This document shows positions 10,230-20,365 of a stretch of 64,000 nucleotides of DNA, piece after piece. The notes below the pieces were generated by a model, which was not told the origin of the DNA, searched no databases, and was given only the letters and a program-made list of their open reading frames with translations. A program made the position numbers and the translations under genes. Source of the stretch: Candidatus Eremiobacteria bacterium (GTDB taxonomy: Bacteria > Vulcanimicrobiota > Vulcanimicrobiia > Vulcanimicrobiales > Vulcanimicrobiaceae); the NCBI GenBank assembly GCA_963758295.1, contig CAVWUU010000004.1:1024001-1088000 (forward strand), given 5' to 3'. How positions within the stretch are numbered: the stretch's first letter is position 1; each line of letters opens with the position of its first letter.

Positions 10230-10328
10230 TTCGGGCCGTTTTATTGCACAAAAAAGCCACACGCGCCTTTGGCGCGGGCGGCTCCTTGCGCGATTGCTCG
10301 GGAGATCTCAGACCAAAGCCGCAACCGC

Positions 10329-11135
10329 TTAGCGGTTGGCTTCGTGAACCTTCATCGAGGCGACTTGGATGTATCCGAGCTTGTCGAGTGCATCGCTGTT
10401 GGTCGCGATGAATTTGATGAAATGTTCGACCGCATCGTTCTTAGTCTTCGTGAAGATATGCTCGTACGACCAGATCGGATATTTGCCGGTGCGGATATTG
10501 TCGGTCGTCGCTTCAATCCCGTTGACTTTCACGACGGTGACCGGCTGCGATCTCGTGTAACCGAGCGAAACGTACGAAACCGAACCCGGCGTCGTACCGA
10601 CGGTTTTGACAACCGTGCCCGAGCTGTCTTCGGTAAGACCGGTTTCAGCCATCTTCGACGCGCCCATGATCGTCGCGTTGAACACGAAACGAGTGCCCGA
10701 GGTGCGCGGACGATTGATCACGACGATGGCCTGATCGGCGCCACCGACTTGCTTCCAGTTCGTCACGCGCCCGGAAAAGATATCGCGGACCTGCGCCGCT
10801 TTTAAATTCGACACGTTTGCCGAAGGATTGACGATGATGCCGAAGCCGACGACCGCGACCCTATGGTCGATCAGGCCGCTAGCGCCCGGCGCGATCACGT
10901 CGGAGTCGCCCATGTCGGCGTTTCCGTTTTGCGCTTGCGCGATGCCCACGAAGGAGCCGCCGCCCGAGACCGAAATCTTGACGCCCGAGTGCTTCTCTTG
11001 ATAGTCGGAAGCCGATTGCTTCACGAGCGGAAGCAGTGCGGTTGAACCAACTGCCGTGATATTGGTATCGGCAAGCGCCGCCACCGGAAGCGCGAGGGCC
11101 GCAATGATGGCCGACGCAATGAACTTATTACGCAT
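10329..11135 (-). CDS. pstS: Phosphate ABC transporter substrate-binding protein
   Basis: Signal peptide, GSTAL, GGGS, RPRTSGT and YPIWSYE; sits in a pst locus. Confidence 0.92.
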   Translation of the reverse strand: MRNKFIASAIIAALALPVAALADTNITAVGSTALLPLVKQSASDYQEKHSGVKISVSGGGSFVGIAQAQNGNADMGDSDVIAPGASGLIDHRVAVVGFGIIVNPSANVSNLKAAQVRDIFSGRVTNWKQVGGADQAIVVINRPRTSGTRFVFNATIMGASKMAETGLTEDSSGTVVKTVGTTPGSVSYVSLGYTRSQPVTVVKVNGIEATTDNIRTGKYPIWSYEHIFTKTKNDAVEHFIKFIATNSDALDKLGYIQVASMKVHEANR

Positions 11136-11192
11136 TCTTTTTCCTTGAAGCAACGTGCGAAGTGAACCGGGAACTATCCCGGCGCAGCTTTT

Positions 11193-11236
11193 ATGGTACT
11201 CCAGGGCGATAAAGGCGAATGTAAGCGAAGCTTAAG
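11193..11236 (-). promoter_or_regulatory. Pho box and -10 element upstream of pstS
   Basis: Minus-strand CTTAAG/CTTACA/CTTTAT at 11-nt period, then TACCAT at 11198-11193. Confidence 0.7.
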
Positions 11237-11260
11237 AAAAGATCATGAGAGAGACGAAGG

Positions 11261-11287
11261 AAGGCCGGCGTTGCTGCCGGCCCTCTT
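11261..11287 (-). terminator. GC hairpin downstream of the porin gene
   Basis: GGCCGGC-N6-GCCGGCC followed on the minus strand by a pyrimidine run. Confidence 0.5.
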
Positions 11288-11308
11288 GCATAAGGCTTGC
11301 CGTAACGG

Positions 11309-12880
11309 CTAGAAGTCGTATTCGAGCTGCGTGCGATTGTACTTGAAGAGCGGGATTCCACCGTAGATCGTCGTGTTGTTGATCGTACGTTCCGCGTAGC
11401 GATGACGGATGAGGAAGCCTTTGTACGCACCTGATTTCGGTACTTGGCTGAAGTAGTACATACCGTCGATGTTCGTTTCTTGCGTGGGCGAGACGCCGAC
11501 GGCGTTGTTACCGTACGAGTAGAGCGCGCGCGCAATCGTGAGCACGAAGCGTTTGTTATCAGAGGTGAACGTAGCCGCCAACTTGCCGCCGTCGCCGAAG
11601 CTGCGGCGATCCGCCATCCCTTGGCTGATTGTCGTCGAGAACAGCGGATCCGTCGCATAGCCGTCCGTGTACGGCGAAGCCCAGCCGCCGTAATAGACGG
11701 TCGCGGTGTTCAGACCGTTGACTGCCGGTCCGGGGATGCAGTTCGGCGTACCGCCGGTGCCCAGGAAGTAGTTCGCAAGACCTTTGTTCGCGGCGAGCAC
11801 GTGATCCGCGGGGCAGCTTGCGCCGGCCGGAAGCGTGATCGTTGCCGTTTTATCCGGAATGTGGTTGTAGCCAAGCGTCACGGCGACATTCGGTCCGACC
11901 GAAACGCCGCCCTGAATTCCGTAGACCTGCGAATCGATTTGACCGACAAGCGCCGAGCCGGTGCTCTTTTCGTCACCGAGCTGAACTGCGACGAACGGCT
12001 TGGCCTGAGCATTGAACGCATACTTCGCATCGAACCACAGCGCGTTGGCGATGTTGTCGAAAGCGTAGTAGTGTAGGTTCGAGGTCAGATTCTTATCTGT
12101 ATAGCCGACGCGTCCGTAGAAGAATCCATTGTTGGTGATTGACGCCGGCGATGCTGCCGATGATTTCACGTTCGTGTTGTACAGCGTCGAAACGCCGCTG
12201 CCGTCGTCGTACTGTCCGGTCAGTAGCGTGTTGTTGAAGAACTGCGAACTCACGCGCTCCTCAAATCGATCGTAGTACGAGCCCTCGACCGCCCAGTTCG
12301 GATTGATTTTATACGAAGCATCGACGCCCTGGAACGCAACCGGCTTAAGACGCGAATCCGAAGCGTTGGCCCACGGCGTGGTGATGACTTGATCGCCGGC
12401 TTTGGCGTACGCGTTCTTGTCCTGATACTGCAGGTACGCTTCGTAAAGCGTGCTAAGCGAAAAGCCGGGGAGCGTGTCGTCGGGGTTCAGTGACGGCGCC
12501 TTCACGCTACCGCAGGGCGGCGTGAAGTGCGATGCGGACGAAGCGCAACCGTTAAGTGGATTTGAGTAAAGGTACGACCCGCCAACGGTAAAGCCGGTGC
12601 CGGAGAACGTGTACTGGCCGTGCAGGCTGATCGCCGCCGAAAACGACTGCTGATTCACAGTGCCGGTTTTATTGTACGCACTTGCGTTCTGGCGCGTAAA
12701 ATCGTAAGCGCGGACATAGCCCTTATAAGCGAACGGATTGGGCGTGGCTTTCGCCGCAGGCGATGCTTGCGCGATAACGCTGTGCGCCGGTGTGGCCGAC
12801 GTTTCCGCCAGCGCAAACGTGGTGCCCGCCAAAACTAAGGCCGCTAGGCTGGTGCCGACCCTCGCGAGAGTGGTAAACAC
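11309..12880 (-). CDS. OprD-like outer-membrane beta-barrel porin
   Basis: Signal peptide, LYEAYLQY, KAGDQVITTPW..SDSRLKPVAFQG, and C-terminal QLEYDF barrel signature. Confidence 0.75.
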   Translation of the reverse strand: MFTTLARVGTSLAALVLAGTTFALAETSATPAHSVIAQASPAAKATPNPFAYKGYVRAYDFTRQNASAYNKTGTVNQQSFSAAISLHGQYTFSGTGFTVGGSYLYSNPLNGCASSASHFTPPCGSVKAPSLNPDDTLPGFSLSTLYEAYLQYQDKNAYAKAGDQVITTPWANASDSRLKPVAFQGVDASYKINPNWAVEGSYYDRFEERVSSQFFNNTLLTGQYDDGSGVSTLYNTNVKSSAASPASITNNGFFYGRVGYTDKNLTSNLHYYAFDNIANALWFDAKYAFNAQAKPFVAVQLGDEKSTGSALVGQIDSQVYGIQGGVSVGPNVAVTLGYNHIPDKTATITLPAGASCPADHVLAANKGLANYFLGTGGTPNCIPGPAVNGLNTATVYYGGWASPYTDGYATDPLFSTTISQGMADRRSFGDGGKLAATFTSDNKRFVLTIARALYSYGNNAVGVSPTQETNIDGMYYFSQVPKSGAYKGFLIRHRYAERTINNTTIYGGIPLFKYNRTQLEYDF

Positions 12881-12929
12881 GTAAAAAGAGACTCCCGTAT
12901 AAAAAGTGGACAGAGAATGTTCCGCACCC

Positions 12930-12973
12930 AGTGTATCGGGGTCGGGTTAAGGCCCACTTAAATGCATCTTAAG
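12930..12973 (-). promoter_or_regulatory. Pho box and -10 element upstream of the porin
   Basis: TTAA at 12947, 12958 and 12969 (11-nt period), then TACACT at 12935-12930. Confidence 0.75.
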
Positions 12974-13088
12974 GTAAGCACAGCTATCCCCGAATGTGAA
13001 CAACCAACCGTAAAATGCGCTTCCTTTATAACCGGAGAGCCAACCGCCCGCGAACGGGAAAGTCGCCAAAACGGCCTACAATTTGCGC

Positions 13089-13871
13089 TTAGCCGTAGCG
13101 ACCGGTGATGTAATCTTCCGTGCGTTTGTCTCTGGGCTTCGTAAAGATTGAGTTTGTCGTTCCGGTTTCGATGAGTTCGCCCATCAAAAAGAACGACGTG
13201 AAATCGCTTATGCGTGCCGCTTGTTGCATTGAGTGCGTGACGATGACGACGGTGTAGTCCCGCTTCAACTGTTCGATGAGATCTTCGATTTTGCTCGTTG
13301 CGATCGGATCCAGCGCGGAAGCCGGTTCATCCATTAGAATGACTTCGGGATCGACGGCCATACAACGCGCGATGCAGAGACGTTGTTGCTGTCCCCCGGA
13401 AAGCTCCAGCGCCGACTTGTTCAGGCGGTCCTTGACCTCGTCCCATAGTGCTGCGTGCCGCAAGCTCTTCTCAACGATTTCCATCAATTTCCGGCGATTG
13501 CGCTCGCCGTGAATTTTCGGTCCGTATGCGACGTTTTCGAAAATCGTTTTCGGGAACGGGTTCGGACGTTGAAACACCATCCCGATGCGGTGGCGAATTG
13601 TAACCGGGTCGACGCCGCTTTCGTAAATATCCTCATTGTCGAGCAGCACGTGGCCTTCGACGCGAGCATCGGGCTGAAGATCGTGCATTCTATTGAGCGC
13701 GCGGATGAACGTCGATTTTCCGCAGCCTGACGGTCCGATCAACGCCATGACACAGTTCGCGGGAACGGTGAGCTGCGCGTTCTTGATAGCTTGAACGTTT
13801 CCGTAATAGACGTTAAGGTCGCGGACTTCGAGCTTGGTCGCAAGCTGCGAGTTTGTTGCGTCGTTGGACAT
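13089..13871 (-). CDS. pstB: Phosphate ABC transporter ATP-binding protein
   Basis: [31 protein letters not shown] and YITGRYG. Confidence 0.96.
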   Translation of the reverse strand: MSNDATNSQLATKLEVRDLNVYYGNVQAIKNAQLTVPANCVMALIGPSGCGKSTFIRALNRMHDLQPDARVEGHVLLDNEDIYESGVDPVTIRHRIGMVFQRPNPFPKTIFENVAYGPKIHGERNRRKLMEIVEKSLRHAALWDEVKDRLNKSALELSGGQQQRLCIARCMAVDPEVILMDEPASALDPIATSKIEDLIEQLKRDYTVVIVTHSMQQAARISDFTSFFLMGELIETGTTNSIFTKPRDKRTEDYITGRYG

Positions 13872-13884
13872 GCTTAACATCAAT

Positions 13885-14799
13885 TTACTTCCCGGTGAGC
13901 CGTTTGGAGAGCGCGCGCCCGGCGAAGCGGGCCGTGATATTGAAAATTAGGACCATCACAAGCAGCACGAGCGCCGAGCCGCCGCCGATCGCGTTGGCAT
14001 CCGGCACCAAACTTTCGGAGTGCGTGTACCACAAGTGGACGGAAAGCGTTTCGGCTTCGTGGAACGGGCTCAAATCGAACGCCGACTTACCGGCCGATAC
14101 GCTCAAGCCTGCAGTATAAATCAACGCCGCGGTTTCGCCGAAGATGCGGCCGGCGATGAGCACGATCCCGGTCGTCAATTGCGGGATTGCGCTTGGCAAT
14201 ACCACGCGCCGGATAGTCTGCCACTTCGTCGCGCCGAGCGCCATCGACCCTTCGCGATACGAATTCGGAATATTGTGCAGCGCCTCTTGCGTCACGCGCA
14301 TTAGGGCCGGCAGGTTCAACAGTGTCAGCGTCAATGCGCCGCCGAGTGCCGTAAATTTCCAGCCTAAGACGTTTACGAAAATGATGAGCCCGAAGAGGCC
14401 CATCACGATCGACGGAATCGTAGCCAGCGACTCCGCGCAGAACTGCACGATTGACGTGAAGAGGCCCGGCCGCGCATATTCCTGGAGATACATGCCTGCT
14501 GCCGTTGCGATCGGGGTCGTAAAGAGCAGCGTTAAAAACAGAATGTAGAACGAATTGTAAATCTCGGGGCCAATGCCGCCTCCGGCGGTGGTTTCGCTCG
14601 GCGGCGCCGTGAGGAAATGCCATGAAATGGCGCTCCAGCCCAGGTAGAACATATAGCCGATGAAAAATGCGAGCGCGACGACGATCGCAATCGCTGCCGC
14701 CCAGAGCACAATCGTTGCGACCTGGTTCATGATGCGGCGCTGAGCAGCGTTACTGGGCCGCTCTTGAGCCCCCGGAGCCGTTGCAGTTATCACGGCCAC
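13885..14799 (-). CDS. pstA: Phosphate ABC transporter permease
   Basis: [31 protein letters not shown] and GETAAL. Confidence 0.94.
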   Translation of the reverse strand: MAVITATAPGAQERPSNAAQRRIMNQVATIVLWAAAIAIVVALAFFIGYMFYLGWSAISWHFLTAPPSETTAGGGIGPEIYNSFYILFLTLLFTTPIATAAGMYLQEYARPGLFTSIVQFCAESLATIPSIVMGLFGLIIFVNVLGWKFTALGGALTLTLLNLPALMRVTQEALHNIPNSYREGSMALGATKWQTIRRVVLPSAIPQLTTGIVLIAGRIFGETAALIYTAGLSVSAGKSAFDLSPFHEAETLSVHLWYTHSESLVPDANAIGGGSALVLLVMVLIFNITARFAGRALSKRLTGK

Positions 14800-15683
14800 T
14801 ACGCTCTCCGTCGCAGTGCGAGCCGAACGCCAAGGATCAACGCCATCGCGATAAGCAAAAGCAGGAACGCCATCGAAAACAGGGCGTGGTACAACACCGA
14901 GCCGGTGGGGGCGCTTCCCATATCGGTGACGATTTCGGTCGTAAGCGCGGCGGTAGGAGCGAGGAGCCCTTTGGGCAGAGCCGCCGCATTTCCGATCACC
15001 ATCTGTACCGCGAGCGTCTCGCCAATTGCGCGCGCGATTCCGAGGATCACGGCAACCGTAATACCGCTGCGTGCCGCGGGCAGCAAGACGTGATAAATCG
15101 TTTGCCAGCGCGTTGCACCAAGGGCCATTGATCCTTCACGCAATTGTCCGGAAACCGCGAGCAACGCGTCCTCCGAAAGCGTGATGACGGTCGGCAGAAT
15201 CATGATGGAAAGCACGATGCCGGCGGTCAGCAGACCGAACCCTGTGAGGCTGCCTAAGTGTTGCCGGATCAGCGGCGCAAGCAGCGTGAGACCAAGCCAT
15301 CCGTAAACGACCGATGGGATGCCCACTAGAATCTCGATAGCCGGCTTTACCACGGATGCGACGGGCTTGGGTGCTAATTGCGACAGAAAAATGCCGACCG
15401 CCACACCGAACGGGCCGCCGACGAAAACTGCAAAAAGTGTGATCGCGAGCGAGCCGATGATAAAAACGAGCGCACCCGGATGGCGCGCGTCGGGCGAAAA
15501 GTCCGGCGAGAATAAGAAGACGAACGGATTGATATGATCCGCGAAAAATAGCCGGGTGCCTTCGACGGCCAAATACCCGAGAATGAGCGCCATGGCAACG
15601 ATAACAAAGCCGCTGGCGGCGAATAGAAACCCTTTGGCAACACTCTCTTGAGTGTGCGCACGTCCGGCCGACCGAGATATCAA
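14799..15683 (-). CDS. pstC: Phosphate ABC transporter permease
   Basis: GIPSVVYG, ALGATRWQT and ARAIGETLAVQMVIGN. Confidence 0.94.
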   Translation of the reverse strand: MISRSAGRAHTQESVAKGFLFAASGFVIVAMALILGYLAVEGTRLFFADHINPFVFLFSPDFSPDARHPGALVFIIGSLAITLFAVFVGGPFGVAVGIFLSQLAPKPVASVVKPAIEILVGIPSVVYGWLGLTLLAPLIRQHLGSLTGFGLLTAGIVLSIMILPTVITLSEDALLAVSGQLREGSMALGATRWQTIYHVLLPAARSGITVAVILGIARAIGETLAVQMVIGNAAALPKGLLAPTAALTTEIVTDMGSAPTGSVLYHALFSMAFLLLLIAMALILGVRLALRRRA

Positions 15684-15692
15684 AGCGAGTCT

Positions 15693-15746
15693 ATCCTACG
15701 GGTGCCGGTGTAAGGGCTTATTAACCCAACATTAAGCCGGATTAAG
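15693..15746 (-). promoter_or_regulatory. Pho box and -10 element upstream of pstC
   Basis: GTAA/TTAA/TTAA at 15710, 15721 and 15732 (a further TTAA at 15742), then minus-strand TAGGAT at 15698-15693. Confidence 0.72.
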
Positions 15747-15758
15747 AAGCGGCTTTCT

Positions 15759-15902
15759 TTACGCCAGTGTTTCAGGAACGTCGTCGCCGGCGAACGCATC
15801 GGCGTACCATTCGCGCGCATCCTGCAACGTCATGCCACGGCAGTACTCGTCGAGAAAAGCTAAGATCATGCCGCGCATTGACGGCTCGTCTGCTTCAGCC
15901 AT
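15759..15902 (-). CDS. Small hypothetical protein (47 aa)
   Basis: Manual translation MAEADEPSMRGMILAFLDEYCRGMTLQDAREWYADAFAGDDVPETLA; it fills the gap between phoR and pstC. Confidence 0.45.
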   Translation of the reverse strand: MAEADEPSMRGMILAFLDEYCRGMTLQDAREWYADAFAGDDVPETLA

Positions 15903-15963
15903 CTTTTGTCGACCACATGCGGTAAGAGTGACAGAAGTAGCTTAGCGTGCCGTTATCTGTCGA

Positions 15964-17133
15964 TTAAGGTTCTCGCTTGGCAATACGCATGATCGGCAAG
16001 CGAATCGTAAACGCGCTGCCGCTGCCGAGCATGGATTCGGCCGAAATCGACCCACCGTGCGCATCGACGATGCCCTTGACGATCGCAAGCCCGAGGCCGG
16101 CGCCCCCGCTCTCGCGCGTGCGCGAACGGTCGACGACGTAAAAGCGCTCGAAGATATGCGGTAAGTCCCGATACGGAATGCCGACGCCCGTATCGCGAAC
16201 GCGTATGACGGCGTCGCCGCCCCTCGCGTCCGTCTCCACCATCACGGCGCCGCCCGAAGCGGTGTGGCGCAGTGCGTTGTCGATGAGGTTGACGAAGATT
16301 TGCGCGAGCCGGTCCGGATCGGCCTCGAGGCTCACCGGCCGTATTGCCTGCATTTCGAGGCGCACGCCTTTGTTTGCCGCTTGCGGCTCGAACGACGCGA
16401 CGATCGGATGCGCTACTTGTTCGAGATCGATCTCCCGCAGATTCAAGCGCATTTGTCCCGACTCCGCGCGCGCATGTTCGAGGAGCTGCTGAACGAGCGC
16501 AGCCAATCGATCCACTTGCGCGAGCACTTGGGGCAAGAACAAATCGGCCGCCTCGTCGTCGGGCGATTCGACGACCGTTTCGAGCATGAGTTTGATGGAA
16601 GAAAGCGGGGTCCGTAATTCGTGCGAGACGTTCGACAAAAATTCTTTGCGCGCGCGGTCCAGGCGCACGACGTCAGTCCGGTCGTCGGCGAAGATCGCGA
16701 CGCCGCCTACTTTCCCGTCGTCTTCGAGCGGGTAGACGGAAACACGATAGCTACGCGAAGTGGGGCCGGTCGAGCTTGCGACGTTGGCCACGGAAGCCTC
16801 GCCGCGAAGCGCATCGCCGATGCGGCGTTCCAGCTCGATGTTGGGAATCGAAGTTAAAAAGTGCGCGCCGGTGCCGCGCGCGGGATCGAAGTCGAAGATC
16901 GTGCCGGCGGCTTGATTCGCGAAACGAATGCGCGATGAAGGGTCGACGAAAATGACGCCGAGCGGTAACGCACGAACCAGTGGAATGAAATCGACGTCGG
17001 GGCGCGTTTGCGCAGGCACATGCACTTCTTCGCGAATCGTGCGAACCCGCCGGCGCAAGAGAATCCAGGCGAAAATTGCGCCCGCGGCGCAGCCCAGCGC
17101 GGCCGCGAGCACGAAGCTCTCGGTCGGCGTCAT
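15964..17133 (-). CDS. phoR: PhoR-like sensor histidine kinase (TM-PAS-HisKA-HATPase)
   Basis: FLSNVSHELRTPL, NLIDNALRH, DTGVGI, FERFY and GAGLGLAI; next to the pst genes. Confidence 0.88.
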   Translation of the reverse strand: MTPTESFVLAAALGCAAGAIFAWILLRRRVRTIREEVHVPAQTRPDVDFIPLVRALPLGVIFVDPSSRIRFANQAAGTIFDFDPARGTGAHFLTSIPNIELERRIGDALRGEASVANVASSTGPTSRSYRVSVYPLEDDGKVGGVAIFADDRTDVVRLDRARKEFLSNVSHELRTPLSSIKLMLETVVESPDDEAADLFLPQVLAQVDRLAALVQQLLEHARAESGQMRLNLREIDLEQVAHPIVASFEPQAANKGVRLEMQAIRPVSLEADPDRLAQIFVNLIDNALRHTASGGAVMVETDARGGDAVIRVRDTGVGIPYRDLPHIFERFYVVDRSRTRESGGAGLGLAIVKGIVDAHGGSISAESMLGSGSAFTIRLPIMRIAKREP

Positions 17134-17142
17134 GACGCTGCT

Positions 17143-17883
17143 TTAGGCTTTGAACATGTAGCCACGGCTGCGCACCGTGATAATGTGCCGTGGATTGCGG
17201 GAATCTTCTTCAATCTTTTCGCGCAGCCACCGAATGTGAACGCTCACCGTCTGCTGTTCGCCTTCAAAGTCGTAGCCCCAGACTTTGTCCAACAGCGTCT
17301 GCCGCGTCACCACGCGACCGTTGTTCTCCATCAGCACGCGCAGCAGCGCGAACTCTTTGGGCGCAAGGGCAACGTCGCTGCCGCGAACGGTCAGCTGCTG
17401 ACGCGACGGGTCGAGGATAATGTCGCCCAGCGAAATCGCTTCGTCGTGGCCGCCTTGCGGCGGCGCCTGCCGGCGCAAACGCGCTTTCACGCGAGCGAGA
17501 AATTCATGAAGAGCGAACGGCTTGGTTACGTAGTCGTCGGCGCCGAGCTCTAAAGCCAAGACCTTATCGATCTCTTGGTCCTTGGCGGTGAGCATTATGA
17601 TCGGCACCGAGCTGAACTTGCGAATCTCTTTGCAGGCTTCGATTCCATCGAGCACCGGCAGCATGATATCGAGCACGACAAGGTCCGGCTGCTCGCGCTG
17701 CGCCATCGCGACGGCATTACGGCCATCGCTCGCGGTTACCACCGTGTAGCCGCTGCGCTCCAAATTGAAGCGTAACGTCTGCAAGATCGCGGACTCGTCG
17801 TCAACCACCAAGATTTTCTTATTGAAGTCTGGGCTTTTGACGAAAGCGCCCCGCGAAGGCTTAGTCTCGACCGATCCGTTCAT
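17143..17883 (-). CDS. OmpR/PhoB family response regulator (PhoP/PhoB)
   Basis: ILVVDDE, LDIMLP, LTAK, GADDYVTKPF and VHIRWLREKIE. Start uncertain. Confidence 0.9.
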   Translation of the reverse strand: MNGSVETKPSRGAFVKSPDFNKKILVVDDESAILQTLRFNLERSGYTVVTASDGRNAVAMAQREQPDLVVLDIMLPVLDGIEACKEIRKFSSVPIIMLTAKDQEIDKVLALELGADDYVTKPFALHEFLARVKARLRRQAPPQGGHDEAISLGDIILDPSRQQLTVRGSDVALAPKEFALLRVLMENNGRVVTRQTLLDKVWGYDFEGEQQTVSVHIRWLREKIEEDSRNPRHIITVRSRGYMFKA

Positions 17884-18745
17884 ACGATCTGACGATTGCA
17901 CTATAATCTAGTGCGCCGTCCCCTTCTGCTGACCGAGCTGTATAAAGTTGATAGGCCAGTGCCGATGCAGGCATCGGGAAATCCATGGATCGCGCTGCGT
18001 CGAGCGCAGCAGCAACATCCTTACGTAAAAGATCGAGGGCGAAACCGCCTTCGAAGGTTCCCGCAAGCCATGTTTTCGGCAACCACTGGTCTAGAACGTA
18101 ATTAGACCCGGTTGCCGTTGCAAGCACCTTTCGGACCGCATCCAGGTCGGCTCCCGCTTTTTTCGCAAAAACCAAAGCTTCGACGTTAGCCACCATCACG
18201 CCGGCGATGACGATCTGATTCACCAGCTTCACCGTCTCGCCCATGCCGACTCCGCCAAGGTGATAGGGCGTTCCCATCGCCTTGAGGATCGGCTCGGCTC
18301 GCGTAAACTCGGCGCTGCCCGCTCCAACCATGATCGTCAACGTGCCGGACGCCGCCCGGACCGGACCGCCGCTGACGGGCGCGTCGATGAACTGGACACC
18401 TTGCTTAGCCAGGCGTTCCGCGAATCGTTTGGAGGCGAGCGGTGAGATCGTCGACATGTCGATGACCATCGAACCGGGTCGCGCCCCGGCCGCGACACCT
18501 TTATCGCCGAAGAGCGCTTCTTCTACTTGGGGGGCGTCGGGAACGCAGAGGATCGTAACGTCGACGGCGGCAGCGACGGCGGCAAAGCCGGCAGCTTCCT
18601 CGACACCGTCCGCGCTAAGACGCTCGAGCGCCTCGCGGCGCCGGAAGGCGGCTGCGGTCACCGGGAAGCCGGCTTTTCGGAGGCTGCGCGCCATCGGTTC
18701 GCCCATGGCGCCGAGGCCGATAAATCCTAATCGAGGCTGGGTCAC
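17861..18745 (-). CDS. NAD(P)-dependent 3-hydroxyisobutyrate/tartronate-semialdehyde reductase family dehydrogenase
   Basis: LGFIGLGAMG, DAPVSGG, KLVNQ and LLRKD. Confidence 0.9.
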   Translation of the reverse strand: MTQPRLGFIGLGAMGEPMARSLRKAGFPVTAAAFRRREALERLSADGVEEAAGFAAVAAAVDVTILCVPDAPQVEEALFGDKGVAAGARPGSMVIDMSTISPLASKRFAERLAKQGVQFIDAPVSGGPVRAASGTLTIMVGAGSAEFTRAEPILKAMGTPYHLGGVGMGETVKLVNQIVIAGVMVANVEALVFAKKAGADLDAVRKVLATATGSNYVLDQWLPKTWLAGTFEGGFALDLLRKDVAAALDAARSMDFPMPASALAYQLYTARSAEGDGALDYSAIVRSYERIGRD

Positions 18746-18800
18746 GCGTCGCCCATTTCCTACAGGCGCCATTGCGCTCCTGGCCGAAGCGGCTCATCCC

Positions 18801-19718
18801 ATGACGACTGCAACCACCGCAATCCGACGACCCACGTTCGACGAAATGAACCTCTCGACGGGCAAACGCACGCGCCTTCACCGGCTGATGTACGAACACG
18901 GACCGGCCAATGGAACGCTGATGATTCTCCCGATCGATCAGGGTCTGGAACACGGACCGGTCGACTTCTTCGACAACCCGGAATCGATCGACACCGATTG
19001 GATTTACCGGTTAGCAGTCGAAGGAAATTTCTCGGGCATCGCCCTGCACGTGGGTCTTGCCGAGAAGTATCACAAGCACTACGCCGGCCGCGTGCCGCTC
19101 GTTTTGAAGATCAACGGCAAGACCAACGTTCCGCCGGACGACGAGGCGTTCAGCTCGCTTACGTCGTCTGTTGAAGACGCCGTTCGACTTGGTGCCGATG
19201 CTGTCGGGTACACGCTCTTTGTCGGCAGTCCGTCGCAAGACGTGGACATCGCGCAATGCAACGAAGTGCGCCGCGAATGCGAACGATACGGCATGCCGCT
19301 CATCATCTGGGCCTATCCGCGCGGATCGGCGATGAAAGCTAAAGGCGGCATCGACAGCCTTTACGCCGTCGACTATGCCGCGCGCGTTGCGTGCGAAATC
19401 GGCTGTGACATCGTCAAGCTCAACGAGCCGAAGTGGGATGCCGCTAACGCAGATAAACTGCCGAAACCGTACAATACTTTGCAATTTAACGATGTCGAAG
19501 GCTTGCAACGCGTGGTAAAGTCCGCCGGACGAACGCTTGTGCTCGTTTCCGGTGGAAGCAAGATGGGCGACGACGCGACGCTGCAGAAGGCGCGGGCGGC
19601 AATGGAAGCCGGCTGCGTCGGACTGATCTTCGGCCGAAACATGTGGCAGCGCAAGTGGGACGACGCAATCGCGATGTCTTCACGAATGCACGACCTCATG
19701 AAAGACTACGGCGCATAA
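18801..19718 (+). CDS. fbaB: Class I (DhnA/FbaB-type) fructose-bisphosphate aldolase
   Basis: LPIDQGLEHGP, VEDAVRLGADAVG, WAYPRG, DIVK Schiff-base lysine and GRN..Q. Confidence 0.88.
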   Translation: MTTATTAIRRPTFDEMNLSTGKRTRLHRLMYEHGPANGTLMILPIDQGLEHGPVDFFDNPESIDTDWIYRLAVEGNFSGIALHVGLAEKYHKHYAGRVPLVLKINGKTNVPPDDEAFSSLTSSVEDAVRLGADAVGYTLFVGSPSQDVDIAQCNEVRRECERYGMPLIIWAYPRGSAMKAKGGIDSLYAVDYAARVACEIGCDIVKLNEPKWDAANADKLPKPYNTLQFNDVEGLQRVVKSAGRTLVLVSGGSKMGDDATLQKARAAMEAGCVGLIFGRNMWQRKWDDAIAMSSRMHDLMKDYGA

Positions 19719-19776
19719 TAGAGGGAAAACAGCGAGCCCGCAACTGCGGGCTCGCTTCATGACGTTACGATAATAG

Positions 19777-20004
19777 ATGAACACCATCGAGGAGCGGGTA
19801 AACGCCGCATTGGATAAAGTGCGGCCGGCCATCCAAGCCGACGGCGGCGAAGTTTGGCTCATAAAAGTCGAAGACGGAACGGCCTACGTCCAGATGCTCG
19901 GCGCTTGCGGCGGATGTCCGGCATCGACGATGACTCTCAAGGGAGCCATTGAAGCGGTCGTCGTCGCAGACGTTCCCGAGGTCCGCGAGGTCTTACAAGT
20001 CTAA
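19777..20004 (+). CDS. NifU/Nfu C-terminal domain protein
   Basis: VRPAIQADGG and GACGGCPASTMTLK. Confidence 0.92.
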   Translation: MNTIEERVNAALDKVRPAIQADGGEVWLIKVEDGTAYVQMLGACGGCPASTMTLKGAIEAVVVADVPEVREVLQV

Positions 20005-20005
20005 A

Positions 20006-20035
20006 GAAAAAGCGCCGCGATTGCGGCGCCTTTTC
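20006..20035. terminator. Bidirectional intrinsic terminator
   Basis: GAAAAA-GCGCCGC-GATT-GCGGCGC-CTTTTC between convergent genes. Confidence 0.75.
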
Positions 20036-20050
20036 GTCTCTACCGAGGAG

Positions 20051-20305
20051 CTAATGAGCTCCGGCGCATCTCGTGCAGAACCAGCTGACCGCACCCTCGT
20101 GAGCTTGCGGCAGCATGTGCTCGCGAGCTCCGCGACGGCCGCATCCGGCGCACGCGTACGTCGTTCCGACATTTACGGCCGTGGCATCGTGAACTTGTTC
20201 GTGGCGCTTGGCAGCCCATGCAACCACGAGGATGATAAGGCCCAGGGCGAGCGGCGCCCAAGCGAAGAACGAGGCCAAACCCTCAGCTGAAATCTGTGCA
20301 TCCAT
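20051..20305 (-). CDS. Small membrane protein with CxxC...CxxC zinc ribbon
   Basis: One TM helix, then CAGC and CTRC. Confidence 0.7.
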   Translation of the reverse strand: MDAQISAEGLASFFAWAPLALGLIILVVAWAAKRHEQVHDATAVNVGTTYACAGCGRRGAREHMLPQAHEGAVSWFCTRCAGAH

Positions 20306-20365
20306 ATCGGGAGTAATTCATTCGCATAACCAAGCCGCGCGTCCTCGCCCGTCGAAGGGGGTTGG

